In this document: positions 35,835 through 47,490 of the stretch, piece by piece
Layout: each line of letters starts with the position of its first letter
How positions within the stretch are numbered: the first letter of the stretch is position 1
From: Okamejei kenojei
Lineage: Eukaryota
Assembly: GCA_035221665.1 (NCBI GenBank)
Contig: CM069162.1
Span: 31,868,001-31,932,000, forward strand
DNA: 64,000 nt
Direction of reading: 5' to 3'
Notes under the pieces: model-generated
The model's database searches: none
What the model saw: the letters and a program-made list of their open reading frames with translations, nothing else
What the model was told of the DNA's origin: nothing
Made by a program: the position numbers and the translations under genes

Positions 35835-36088
35835 TGTCCCCACTTGTTCAGAGAACTGGTGTTGGCAGAGCCAAGGTGTCTCCAAACAAGTGGGGATATA
35901 ACTCCAACGATGTCTCCTGCGAATGTGGCATTGAACCCCAAACAATGGAACAACTGCAGAAATGCCCTCAACTGGAAAACCAATGCGCAGCTGCCGATCT
36001 CACCGCCTACAATGAAGATGTTGAGAAATGTGTTCAGCTCTGGCTGAACAATATCTAATCTTGTGACGTGGGCTTGATAAGAAGAATT
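35835..36088 (+). mobile_element. 3' end of a Vingi/Ingi-like non-LTR retrotransposon
   Basis: RTGVGRAKVSPNKWGY...CECGIEPQTMEQLQKCP...DL...W* resembles the R.RTG.GR...WG...C.CG...QT..H...CP zinc-knuckle C-terminus; short 3'UTR ending gataagaagaa. Confidence 0.6.
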
Positions 36089-36339
36089 TAGTTTGTACGC
36101 AGTTAAAAATCCTTCGGAAATCTCCGGGGCTGAATCAACGTGCTTTATTGCAGTGGTTTTGAGTTCAGTTTAGTTTATTGTCACGTGTACCGAGGTACAG
36201 TGAAGAGCTTTTGTTGCGTGCTAACCAGTCAGCGGGAAGACAATACATGATGACAATAGAGCTGTCCACAGTTTACAGATACAGCGTAAAGGGAATAATG
36301 TTTGATGCAAGACAGTGCAGTAAAGTCCGATTAAAGGCA

Positions 36340-36421
36340 GTCTAAGGGTCTCCACTGGGGTACAAGGTAGGTCCGTTTAAGTCTAAGGGTCTCCACTGGG
36401 GTACAAGGTAGGTCCGTTTAA
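36340..36421. repeat. Perfect 41-bp tandem duplication at a Penelope insertion junction
   Basis: gtctaagggtctccactggggtacaaggtaggtccgtttaa at 36340-36380 and 36381-36421. Confidence 0.95.
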
Positions 36422-36640
36422 GAAGGAACTGCAGATGCTGGAAAAATCAAAGATGTTGGAGAAACTCAGCGGGTGAAGCAGCATCTATGGAGCGAAGGAA
36501 TAGGTGGCGTTTTTCGGGTCGAGACCCTTCTTCAGACTCTTTACACTCTTCAGAGACTCGACCCGAAACGTCTCCCATTCCTTCTCTCCAGAGACGCTGC
36601 CTGTCCCGCTGAGTTCCTCCAGCTTTCTGTGCCTTCCTCG
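36416..36640. mobile_element. Penelope pLTR with inverted arms (left arm B-type, right arm A-type)
   Basis: Left arm ggagaaactcagcgggtgaagcagcatctatggagcgaagg; right arm ccttctctccagagacgctgcctgtcccgctgag. Confidence 0.72.
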
Positions 36641-37489
36641 CACCACTTGTACTGCATCCATGTTGACAGGACATGCATAAAATCACAGCTCCTTTGGCAG
36701 GACAGCGTGTTCAGCAGAACGATGACTGACTTCCTGAGAATACTCTGCGCCAGACACTTAAACGCGGCAAACGCTGGCGGGAGAAGATTGGGCAAATATT
36801 TCAAGAACAAATTGAAGCAGGGACGGACACTGATAACTAAGACAGGATTAGACTTCAAACTCTAAATAGAGAATGGATAACTTTGAAATGCAGCAACGAG
36901 GAAAGCAGTTGTCATGGAAACAGCGGCACTAGCAAGAGAGGCAACAATAGGTTGTAAACAGAGTTGCTAACGTCTGAAGAAGGGTCTCGACCCGAAACGT
37001 CTCCCACTCCTTCTCTCCAGAGATGCTGCCTGTCCCGCTGAGTTACTCCAGCTCTTTGTGTCTATAAAGGTTGCTAAACAGGTGTTGTTAGTCCCCAGTT
37101 AACCTGGGGAGTAATAATTAGACGATACAGGCAGCTCAGACCTGCAGGAAATGAAACACTCGCAGTCAATTGCTTTGTGATAGAAGACCTATCTGTGTTA
37201 AATAATTACCAATCGCTTGGGACGTCAGCCAATAATCCTTGGCCACTACTGCAGACACAAGATGCACTTGTCATGTGCTCTAGAATTCCTCAGCCCAATA
37301 TCTTAATTAGTGTGTAGTATCCGCGCTTTGGTCCGTTTCCAGCTTCCTGCATTAATTGGGAGATTTGCATTTCATTCATTGGACGTGCCCATCCCGAATA
37401 AAATCATTGATCACGGCCCTGAACTTCCACACCTTATGCCCTGTGTAACGGCGTGGTCGGTGTTGTCATCGTGTGGTGATTGCCTTCCA

Positions 37490-38022
37490 TCGGGCGGTCA
37501 CGGTGGCCCAGCGGTAGAGGTGCTGCCTCACGGCGATAGAGACCCGGCTTCCTGCCCGACCAGGGATGCTGTCTGTACCGAGTTTGCACGTGTGACTGCG
37601 TGGCTTTCCTCTGGGTGCTCCGGTTTCCTCCCACATTCCGAAGACATATCGTTTGTAGGCAGGAAGGAACTGCAGATGCTAGTTTAAACCGAAGACAGAC
37701 ACCAAATGCTGGATCAGTCTGAAGGAGGGCGCACGGTGGCGCAGCGGTAGAGTTGCTGCCTTACAGCGTTTGCAGCGCCGGAGACCCGGGTTCAATCCCG
37801 ACTACGGGCGCTGTCTGTACGGAGTTTGTACGTCTCCCCGTGTCCGCTTGGGTTTTCTCCGAGATCTTCGGTTTCCTCCCACACTCCAGGTATGTACGTA
37901 AATATCAAACTGTATGTGCAACTTGTCCCTAGTATGTGTAGGATAGTGTCCATGTGTGGGGATCGCTGGTCAGTGTAGACTCGGTGGGCCGAAGGACCAG
38001 TTTCCGCGCTGTATCTCTAAAC
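37490..38022 (+). mobile_element. Two HE1 SINEs (37490-37650 diverged; 37727-38022 full length) separated by a Penelope fragment
   Basis: A and B boxes tggcgcagcgg / ggttcaatcc, V-domain and tail. Confidence 0.82.
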
Positions 38023-38831
38023 CCCTGTATGTCAAAGGTTATGGGGACAAGGCAGGAGAATGGGGTTGAGATGGAAAGATAGATCAGCCATGATTGAATG
38101 GCATAGACTCGATGGGCCGAATGGCCTAATTCTGCACCTATCACTTATGAACTTAAACTGAATTAATTTTCTAGCAAACAGAATGTGAGGCAAAGTCAGA
38201 CGGTAAAGATATATTCCAGACGTAAGGTGTATCCAAGGGACTCACATCCTGGAATGAAAGTCAATCATACCATATATTTGTGCTATTGGCAGGTCAAGTC
38301 AGTATATAATGGTTCAGTTGTTCCAGAGTTCCTGGCGTGTCCAGTGATCCGCATAAAGTGTGACCAAGCAGCAGATTGACCCAGGGGAACAGTGAGGTGC
38401 TCGGAGCTCTCTCTATCTGTCCTGGGAAGACAGTGGGAATATCAAACTGTGTTCAGTTTATTGCCACGTGTACCGAGGTACAGTGAAAAGCTTTTGCTGC
38501 GCGCTGACCGGTCAGCGGGAAGACAATACACGATTACAGTCGAGCCGTTTACAGTGTACAGGTACATGACAGAGGAGTTTCAGAAGTCCGTAGTTAAAGT
38601 AATAGATGTTGCTGCAGGAGTGGAGATGTAAGTGTGCGGAGCGATTGTAAGATGTGATTGTTGATCTGCTTCTGTGGCCAGCACGATAGTCGCCTGGGCT
38701 GGGCACCATCATGGCAGCAGTTGTGAAAGTTTATCAAGGTTTAAAAATCATTTGGACAGATATATGAATAGGATAGGTTGAGAGGGACATGGGCCAAACA
38801 CAAGGAGGTGGGACTGGTGTAGATGGGGCAC

Positions 38832-39057
38832 ACGATACGATACGATAGAACTTTATTCATCCCAGGAGGGAAGTTGATCTGCCAACAGTCATAATAACAC
38901 GTCAAGATAGATTAAATTAAAGTGAGGAGTGGAAAGTCCAGGATTCGAGATGTGCAAGATTTTGGGGGTGGGGGTGGGAGAGTCAGTCCACCCCACGACA
39001 GAAGGGGGAGGAATTGTACGGTTTAATAGCCACAGGGAAGAAGGATCTCCTGTGGCG
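38832..39057 (-). mobile_element. Rex1/Babar LINE 3' end with (tatcg)n tail, abutting a headless HE1 SINE (39055-39260, +)
   Basis: Minus strand RHRRSFFPVAIKPYNSS; 3' cttccctcctgggatgaataaagt followed by the tail. Confidence 0.72.
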
Positions 39058-39962
39058 GAGTTTGTACGTTCTCCCTGTGACCTGCGTGGGTTTTCTCCGA
39101 GATCTTCGGTTTCCTCCCACACACCAAAGACGTACAGGTTTGTAAATTGTCCCTAGTGGGTGTAGGATAGTGTTAGTGTGCGGGGATCGCTGGTCGGCGC
39201 AGACCCAGTGGGCCGAAGGGCCTGTTTCCACGCTGTATCTCTAAACTAAGACTAAACTAACCGGGGAATTGCCCAGCAGATTAGACCCTTGTGAGGCAGC
39301 CTGAATGTGATCTACTTTCTACTGAAGGTACTCGAGTTGAATCAGACTCATGGTTTACAAGTTAATTTGTGGGCCTGTTGATTATCTTCCTGCCTCACAT
39401 CAGTCTGAAGAAGGGTCCTGGCCAGACACGTCGCCCATTTCCTTCGCTCCGTAGATGCTGCCTCACCTGCTGAGTTTCTCCAGCATTTTTGTCCACCTGT
39501 GGATTATGTCGGTCATCTCGTCTGACCCAAATGCTCGCAGTCCCGAGGAGAGCTTTCCTGCCACATGGGAGCTGGCAACCTCTGCTTCAGGCGGAACCCA
39601 TTTATTTGGAGTGCAGCTTGTGGGGCTGATTATAAATGCTGCTGTTCTCTGCAGTCGGATGTCCGCACGGCCGCTGGGCTGAAAGGCATCGACCGTTTCC
39701 CCACGGGGGGCTCGCTGGGGCCAGGCTGGCGCGGCAAAGTATTCTTCAGGCAGTGCCTGGGGCAGAGTGCAAGAGGGAACTGCTGATTACGGTTTAAACA
39801 CACCACGCTGGAGTAACTCAGTGGGACAGGCAGCATCTCTGGAGAGAAGGGGAATGGGTGACGTTTCGGGTCGGGACCCTAAGAGCAGGTTTACCTCTGC
39901 CGTGCCGTGGAAGGGAGGAGGAAAGCAGAGCCGGGAGAAGGCAGGAACGGGGCACTGATTGG

Positions 39963-40819
39963 AACTTGGAACTTGGAAAACTTTATTGTCATTCAGACCT
40001 TGCGGTCTGAACGAAATTTTGTTGCCTGCAGTCATACATATAGTAAATAACAAAACACACAATAAACACATATTTAACATCCACCACAGTGAGTTCACCA
40101 GACACCTCCTCACTGTGGTGGAAGGCAAAAATCTTGTCTTTGTCTCTTCCCTTCTTCCTCTTCCTCTGCGCTGAGGCGACCCGGGCCTCCGATGTTGTGA
40201 CCGCACCGGGTGATGTAAATAAGTCCCGTGGGTGAACCGCGCTCCGCGAGCGGGCCGGTTCAACTCCGCGGCCCGGGGCGGTTGAAGCTGCCGAAGCTGC
40301 CGCCCTCCAGTCCAGCGGACGCAGCTGTTGCCGTGGGAGCTCCGGAAAAAACAGGTCCACCAACCCGTGACCTGCGAGCTCCCAACGATGTCGTCCACTG
40401 GGCCCGCGGCCGTCCTCCGAAGTCGCTGCCGCCACCGGAAATCCGCCACAGCTCCGAGTCGAGCCGCCGGAACGCCGCAATGCCTGAACCCGCCACAGCC
40501 CCGAAGTCGGCCAGCCCCGCGCTGGTAAGTCCTGGCTGGCTCTGCCTCCGGAGCCTCGGGTCGGTCGCAGTTAAAGTTGGAGGCCGCCAGCTCCGCGATA
40601 GGCCTCAGCGCAGACGGAGACGGAGAGGGGGATACGACAAGTAAAGTTGCGTCCCCCCAAAAGGAAGAGACTAAGAACGTTTCTCCCACCCCTCCCACAC
40701 ACATACACTACATAATAACTCAAACTAACGCTAAAAACAAGAAAAGAAAACAACAAATAAAAAGAAAAACAGACAGACGCAGGCGAGCCGCTGCTGCCAG
40801 GGCAACGTCGCCACTCCCA
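39963..40819 (-). mobile_element. Young ~860-bp non-coding retroposon with LINE-like 3' end and (ttccaag)n tail, inserted in a CR1 3'UTR
   Basis: TSD gattgg (39957-39962, 40820-40825); CpG-rich interior; minus-strand 3' end ttcagacc-gcaa-ggtctgaa-tgacaataaa plus 7-mer tail. Confidence 0.75.
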
Positions 40820-41396
40820 GATTGGGGACAATCAGCCGTGATCACAGTGAATGGCGGTGCTGGCTCGAAGGGCCGAATGGCCTCCTCCTGCACCTATTGT
40901 CTATTGAAAGATGAGGGTTCTCCCCATTGTGGCATTTGCTCTGTGTCTAGAAGCAGCCGCTGGACGCTGGAGGGATCTTGAAAACCCAAACGCAAGCAGG
41001 GAAAAGCGCTGGAGCATGAGGGGTGTAATTGGGGGGGGGGGGGGGGGGATGCAAGTGTGGACGATTAGATGGGGTTGTGTGTAGAGGGTAGAGGATGCAA
41101 GGAGAGTTGTGGATGGATGGAGAGGTGTGTAGAGGTGAGGATTTAGGTAGTGTAGCGCGCACACTGTGATGGCAGCACTCCTCATCTCAACTCTCCATCA
41201 CACTGCACACCTGCCTTTAGATTCCAGCTGCTTCCAGCGTAGTAATCCCACACAACTGTTAGCCTGCACATCTGTTGGCAGAATAAGGGGTACTGGTAGA
41301 GATGGGTGTTGGAAGGGGAGGCCCCGGCCAGCGAGCTGGGTCTAGGTTCAGCTGCCTCTCTATCCAACTGACCAGCATCATTCTGTAGCCAAAGAT

Positions 41397-41589
41397 AGAC
41401 AAAAATGCTGGAGAAACTCAGCGGGTGAAGCAGCATCTATGGAGCGAAGGAATATGCGATGTCTGAAGAAGGGACTCGACCCGAAACGTCACCTATTCCT
41501 ACGCTCCAACGATGCTGCCTCGCCCACTGAGTTTCTCCAGTATTTTTGTCTACCTTTGATTTTTTCACCATCTGCAGTTCTTTCTTAAA
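41397..41589 (+). mobile_element. Complete mini-Penelope insertion (B): inverted arm, hammerhead, pLTR and tail; 18-bp TSD
   Basis: cattctgtagccaaagat at 41379-41396 and 41590-41607; core ctgaagaagggactcgacccgaaacgtc at 41463-41490. Confidence 0.88.
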
Positions 41590-42009
41590 CATTCTGTAGC
41601 CAAAGATTGCAACACCATCCATAACACTACGTGCCATCTGCAAAGTTACCGATCATATTTCCTATGTTCAAACCCAGACGGTTAAAGTATAAAACAACCT
41701 ACAATGGTTGCACCATTAATCATTGCATGAACCACAGCTCATAGACCTCCCCCGAAACGTTGCCTATTTCCTTCGCTCCATAGATGCTGCTGCACCCGCT
41801 GAGTTTCTCCAGCACTTTTGTCTACCTTCGATTTTCCAGCATCTGCAGTTCCTTCTTAAACACATTATCCAGCAGTTTCTCCGAGCGATGGGCTGACACG
41901 CCAGCTTGTAATTACCTGGCTTGAATGAAGATGCCAGGAACAATGTGCCATATATTAATCACCATCCTTAATTCATCAACCACACTTTCAAAGGCCTTGC
42001 ATCTATATT

Positions 42010-42470
42010 GGGCAGCAGTGGAGCAGCGGTAGAGTTGCTGCCTTACAGCACTTGCAGCGCCTGAGACCCGGGTTCCATCCTGACCACGGGTGCTGGCTGT
42101 ATGGAGTTTGCATGTTCCCCCAGTGACCTGCACGGGCTTGCTCCGTGATTTTCAGTTTCCTCCCACACTCCAAAGCCGTACATGTTTGTAGATTAATTGG
42201 GTTGGTATAAATGTAAATTGTCCCTAGTGTGTGTGTAGGATAGTATGGGGTGATCGCCAGTCGACGTGCAGCTCGATGGGCTGAAGGGTCTGTTCCCACA
42301 CTACACCACTGAAGGGTAACTTTCTACATGGTACATGGATAGGACAGGTTTGGAGGGATGCGGGCCAAACGCAGGCAGGTGGGACTAGTGCAGCTGGGAG
42401 ATGTTGCTGGGGTGGGCAAGTTGGGCCGAAGGGCCTGTTTCCACGCTGTATCACTCTGTGACTATGACTG
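42010..42470 (+). mobile_element. HE1 SINE (42010-42302) followed by a CR1 3' end (42325-42470)
   Basis: SINE head gtggagcagcggtagagttgctgcc; CR1 tail tatcactctgtgactatgact. Confidence 0.8.
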
Positions 42471-43029
42471 AGCGCCCCAGCTAATGCTTTAATCATTACA
42501 GCCTCGGTCTCCATCATAGTCAGTGGATGATCATCTATCACTGTCTGACACTGAACACAAGATTAATTCAGAAATACTGCATATCCAAGACAATTCATCA
42601 ACATTTTAAAACTGCTGTACTCCTATTAGCGCCACTCCATTCATGTTAGGTTGAATTTATTCCCTGCGCCGCTCTCTTTCATGTACTTACATTATTTAAC
42701 CGCGTGGACCGAGACTAATTTTTTCTGCACTTCACTTGGTCCCAGCCTTAGCTTGGTTAACGTTTTGAAGAAAGGCATCTTAATCAATTATCTGTGCAAA
42801 GTCTACATTTCCCTCTCGAACTTATCTTAAAACGAGCAAATTAATGAGTCGGGAATCTCCAGTTATGATGTTCAGCCACCGACCGGAGATATCAGGTCTG
42901 AGGGTCAGTAGACTGGGCAATGTGAAGAATAATTAATTAGGAATAAAAATAATTAGAGTATGAATTTAAACTGGGCAGGAATGTAGCAGATAGAGCTCCG
43001 AGACACATTGAATAAAAACATTAGCAGAA

Positions 43030-45360
43030 CGCCACAGAAGGCAGTGGAGGCCAATTCACTGGATGTTTTCAAGAGAGAGTTAGATTTAGCTCGTAGGCCT
43101 AAAGGAATCAAGGGATATGGGGAGAAAGCAGGAACGGGGCACTGATTCCGGACGATCAGCCATGATCATATTGAATGGCGGTGCTGGCTCAAAGGGCCAA
43201 ATGGCCTACTCCTGCACCTATTTTTCTATGTTTCTATCTAATGAACACTGGTCACAAAGTCATGGAGTCATACAGTGTGGAAACAGGCCCTTTGGCCCAC
43301 CGGGTCCGTGCCGACCAGCGATCCCCGCACTTTAACACTAATCTACACACACTAGGGATAATTTTACATTTTTATACCAAGTAAATTAACCTAAAAACCT
43401 GTGCATTTTTGGAGTGCAGGAGAAACCAAAGATCTCAGAGAAAACCCATGCGGTCACAGGGAGAACGTGCAAACTCCATACTGACAGCACCCGTAGTTGG
43501 GATCAATCCCGGGTCGAGTTTGGCAAGTTGGGCCAAAGGGCCTGTTTCCGCGCGGTGTCTCTAAGCCAAACTAAGTAATATGTATCACGGGTGAAGGAGA
43601 AGCAGTGGATGAAATAAATGCCGATTTCCAGCAGTCATTTGATAAGATGCTTCATCATTGGTTTTGTGGAAGCTAAATGTTCCTGGTCGAGATTTGAAGA
43701 CCAGCTGGTTAACGTGGAGAGGATTTATTCTCGTTGTCACCGGGATCAACACTTCACAAAGAATATACAGTTTATTTTTGTTAAATATTTTTATTAGATG
43801 TAAGTACATGTTAATAGAATATACTTCTCACATACATTCGTAATTTTATTAATATTAACAATTATGTCTTATATATTTCATACTTTTTTTTGCAAGTAAG
43901 AAAAGATAGAGAAAAATAAAGAGAATATATATGCAGTTTAGTGTACTTTAGAGATACAGCATGAAAAACAGGCCCTTCGGCCCACTGAGTCCGTGCCGAC
44001 CAGCGATCCCCGCACACTAACACTATCCCACACACACTGGCGACAATTTACAATTTTACCAAAGCCAATTAACCTACAAACCCGCACGTCTTTGGAGTGT
44101 GGGAGGAAACCGGAGATCTCAGAGAAAACCCACGCAGGTCACGGGGAGAACGTAAAACTCCGTACAGACAGCGCCCGTAGTTGGGATCGATCCCGGGTCT
44201 CTGGCGCTGTGAGCAGCAGCTCTACCCGCTGCCCCCCCCCGTGCCGCCAGATAAAGACAGGGAGCACATGGTAGCTTGTTTTACTGATGACTCAACAATA
44301 CGTGGGCAGGGAAGGTGTGAAGAGTACATCAGGATGTTACAGAAGAAGGTTGTTTGGCAGATGGAGGAAAATGTCAGAAACAATGAAATGATCCATTTTA
44401 GAAGGTATACTAAAAGGAGATGCATGTAAATGAGAGGTTGCAGATACTCTGTATTGTCATATGTCAAGGGCTAGTAACCAGGAAACCTACAGAATGGCCT
44501 GACCCACTGAGTTTAGTTTAGAGATACAGCACAGAAACAGGCCCTTTGTCCCACCGAGTCCGCACCAACCAGCGATCCCCGCACACTAACACTATCCTAC
44601 ACACACTGGGGACAATTTACAATTTGAACAAGCCAATTACCTACAAACCTGCACGTCTTTGGAATGTGGGAGGGAACCGGAGATCCCGGAGAAAACCCAC
44701 GTGGGTCATGGGGAGAACGTACATTCTCCATGCAGGAGTCTCTGGTGCGGTGAGGCAGCAGCTCCACCCGCTGCGCCACCGTGCCACCCTTATTTCTTAC
44801 TCCAGCGTTCTGTGTCTATGTTTGGTGTAAACCAGCATCTGCAGTTCCCTCCTGCACATCTTGTTGGTCTCTCATTGGGTGAGATGCAACGTGGTTCAGC
44901 TAATGGTGACATTCCAGAGTGCCTGAAGGATGCTCAGTAAAACCAAGAATCACTTTGCATTGCAATGCGATACACATGCCTGATATATTAATGTGCCATT
45001 GCAAGCTGAACAGATAGTAAATACTCACTGGGTAAAACAGAAAGGTAGCGAGATATAGCAGGGAAACAGGCCCTTTGGCCCATCCAGTCCACACTGACCA
45101 CCAATGACCCATTCACACTAATCCGACATTAATCTAATCCAATTTTCTTCCTCCATATTATTATGGTTTCCACCCAGGATCGACCCCTCACCCACACAGC
45201 AGCCAATTAGCCCACAAACCCGCACGTCTCTGGGATGTGGGACGGAACCAGAGCATCTAGAGAACAGGCGAACTCCACACGGACAGCACGCAATGTCAGA
45301 ATTGAGTCTGTCTCTCTGGCACTGTGAGACAGCGGCATTACCAGCTGCACCACTGCTGGC
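43030..45360. mobile_element. Cluster: CR1 3' end (43030-43240, +) and minus-strand HE1 SINEs (~43270-43515, 43935-44248, 44510-44789, 45050-45360)
   Basis: Repeated SINE consensus blocks acaggcccttcggcccac...gggaggaaaccggag...gctgtgaggcagc. Confidence 0.82.
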
Positions 45361-46125
45361 CACAAAGAACCACAGACTTATAATAATTTGCCAAGATGAG
45401 CAAGAAATTATTGAACAGACACATCGTCACTAGCTGACTACCCGTGAGGCTGACGCTGCCTTGGTCACATACATTTGCATTGCTGAGAACAGTCTCATCA
45501 GCAATCTGGAACATGGTGCTTTAATGGGTATACTTAGAGGTAACCCTTCCAATTAGTGTTGTATGAAGCTATCCAGACCAGGGAGGTCCAGGCCTGACTT
45601 GTATTCAATCGGTGACTTCAAGCCATGCTTGATTAGTGCGGGTGTCGAGGGTTATGGCGAGAAGGCAGCAGAATGGGGTTAGGAGGGAGCGATATATCAG
45701 CCATGATTGAATGGTGGAGTAGATGATGGGCCGAATGGCCTATTTCTACTCTTTTCACTTATGAACTGATGAAGTAAACCGATCTCAATCCCATGTTCTG
45801 GCGGGAGTGGCAAATACAAGATACAACACCAACAACAAACGGTCACAACACTGCCTTCCAAAGACAGACACAGAAAGCTGGAGTAACTCAGCGGGACGGC
45901 AGCATCTCGGCTAATGTCTTCCCGCTGGCTGGTTAGCACGCAACAAAAGCTTTTCACTGTACCTCGGTACATGTGACGATAAACTAAACTGAACTCAAAA
46001 TTCACTCATAAATGCCTCTTCCAGGAACAAGAGGGGAGTTTACCAGCTCACGTCACAGGTTAGATCAGAGAGCTGAACGACATCTCCCCTCACACCTCCG
46101 CAGAGGTTGATTGCAGAGGGATAAA

Positions 46126-46545
46126 AACATAGAAACATAGAAAATAGCTGCAGGAGGAGGCCATTCGGCCCTTCGAGCCAACACCACCATTCAATATGAT
46201 CATGGCTGATCATCCAAAATCAGTACCCCGTTCCTGCTTTTCCCCATATCCCTTGATTCCATTAGCCCTAAGAGCTTTATCTAACTCTCTCTTGAAAACA
46301 TCCGGTGAATTGGCCTCCACTGCCTTCTGTGGCAGAGAATTCCACAGATTCACAACTCTCTGGGTGAAAACGTTTTTCTTCATCTCATTTCTAAATGGCC
46401 TAATCCTTATTCTTAAACAGTGACCCCTGGTTCTGGACTCCCTCAACATCGGGAACATTTTTCCAGCATCTAGCCTGTTCAATCCCTTAAGAATGTTATA
46501 TGTTTCTATAAGATCCCCTCTCACCCTTCTAAATTCTGGTGAATT
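46126..46545 (-). mobile_element. CR1 3' fragment
   Basis: ORF 46210..46560 (RRVRGDLIETYNILKGL...WNSLPQKAVEA); (catagaaa)n tail. Confidence 0.88.
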
Positions 46546-46629
46546 CCAGAGGAGAGGCATGACAGAAGAATTTAATCAGTCTCGCAAAGAGTTCAGCGGT
46601 GAAGACTATGCTCTGCCAACAAGTGCCCC

Positions 46630-47490
46630 GCAGTGGCGCAGCGGTAGAGTTGCTGCCTTACAACGTTTGCAACGCCGGAGACCCGAGTTCCATTCCAACT
46701 ACGGGTGCTGTCTGTGCGGAGTTTGCACGTTCTCCCCGTGACCCCGGGCTTTCTCCAAGATCTTCGGTTTCCTCCCACACCCCAAAGAGATACAGGTTTG
46801 TGGGTTAATCGTCCTTTGTAGGGTGCGTGTGTGTAGGGCACGTGTGTGTAGGGCGCGTGTGTGTAGGGCGCGCGTGTGTAGGGCGCGCGTGTGTAGGGTG
46901 CGCGTGTGTAGGGCGCGCGTGTGTAGGGCGCGCGTGTGTAGGGCGCGCGTGTGTAGGGTGCGCGTGTGTAGGGTGCGCGTGTGTAGGGTGCGCGTGTGTA
47001 GGGTGGGCGTGTGTAGGGTGCGTGTGTAGGGTGCGCGTGTGTAGGGTGCGTGTGTGTAGGGTGGGTGTGTAGGGTGTGTAGGGTGGGTGTGTGTGTGTTG
47101 TAGGGTGGGTGTGTGTGTAGGGTGGGTGTGTGTAGGGTGGGTGTGTGTAGGGTGGGTGTGTGTAGGGTGGGTGTGTGTAGGGTGGGTGTGTGTAGGGTGG
47201 GTGTGTGTAGGGTGGGTGTGTGTAGGTGGGTGTGTGTAGGGTGGGGTGTGTGTAGGGTGGGTGTGTGTAGGGTGGGTGTGTGTAGGGTGGGTGTGTGTAG
47301 GGTGGGTGTGTGTAGGTGGGGCGTGTGTAGGGTGCGCGTGTGTAGGGTGCGCGTGTGTAGGGTGCGCGTGTGTAGGGAGCGCGCGTGTGTAGGGTGCGTG
47401 TGTAGGGTGCGGGGATCGCTGGTCGGTGTGGACTCGGTGGGTCAAAGGGCCTGTTTCCGTGCTGTATCTCTAAACTAAACTAAACTAAAC
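46630..47490 (+). mobile_element. HE1 SINE containing an internal ~590-bp minisatellite
   Basis: Head at 46630; V-domain to ~46810; SINE tail resumes at 47408 gcggggatcgctggtcgg. Confidence 0.88.
46817..47410. repeat. ~15-bp minisatellite (gtgtgtagggtgcgc / gtgtgtagggcgcgc / gtgtgtgtagggtgg variants)
   Basis: Direct inspection; about 40 units in variant blocks. Confidence 0.95.

Noticed and set aside
39787-40704. 305-aa and overlapping ORFs
   Set aside because: GC-rich interior of a non-coding retroposon, open in several frames on both strands, with no domain motifs.
46699-47478. His/Thr/Pro- and Val/Cys/Arg-repeat ORFs
   Set aside because: Translations of the 15-bp minisatellite.
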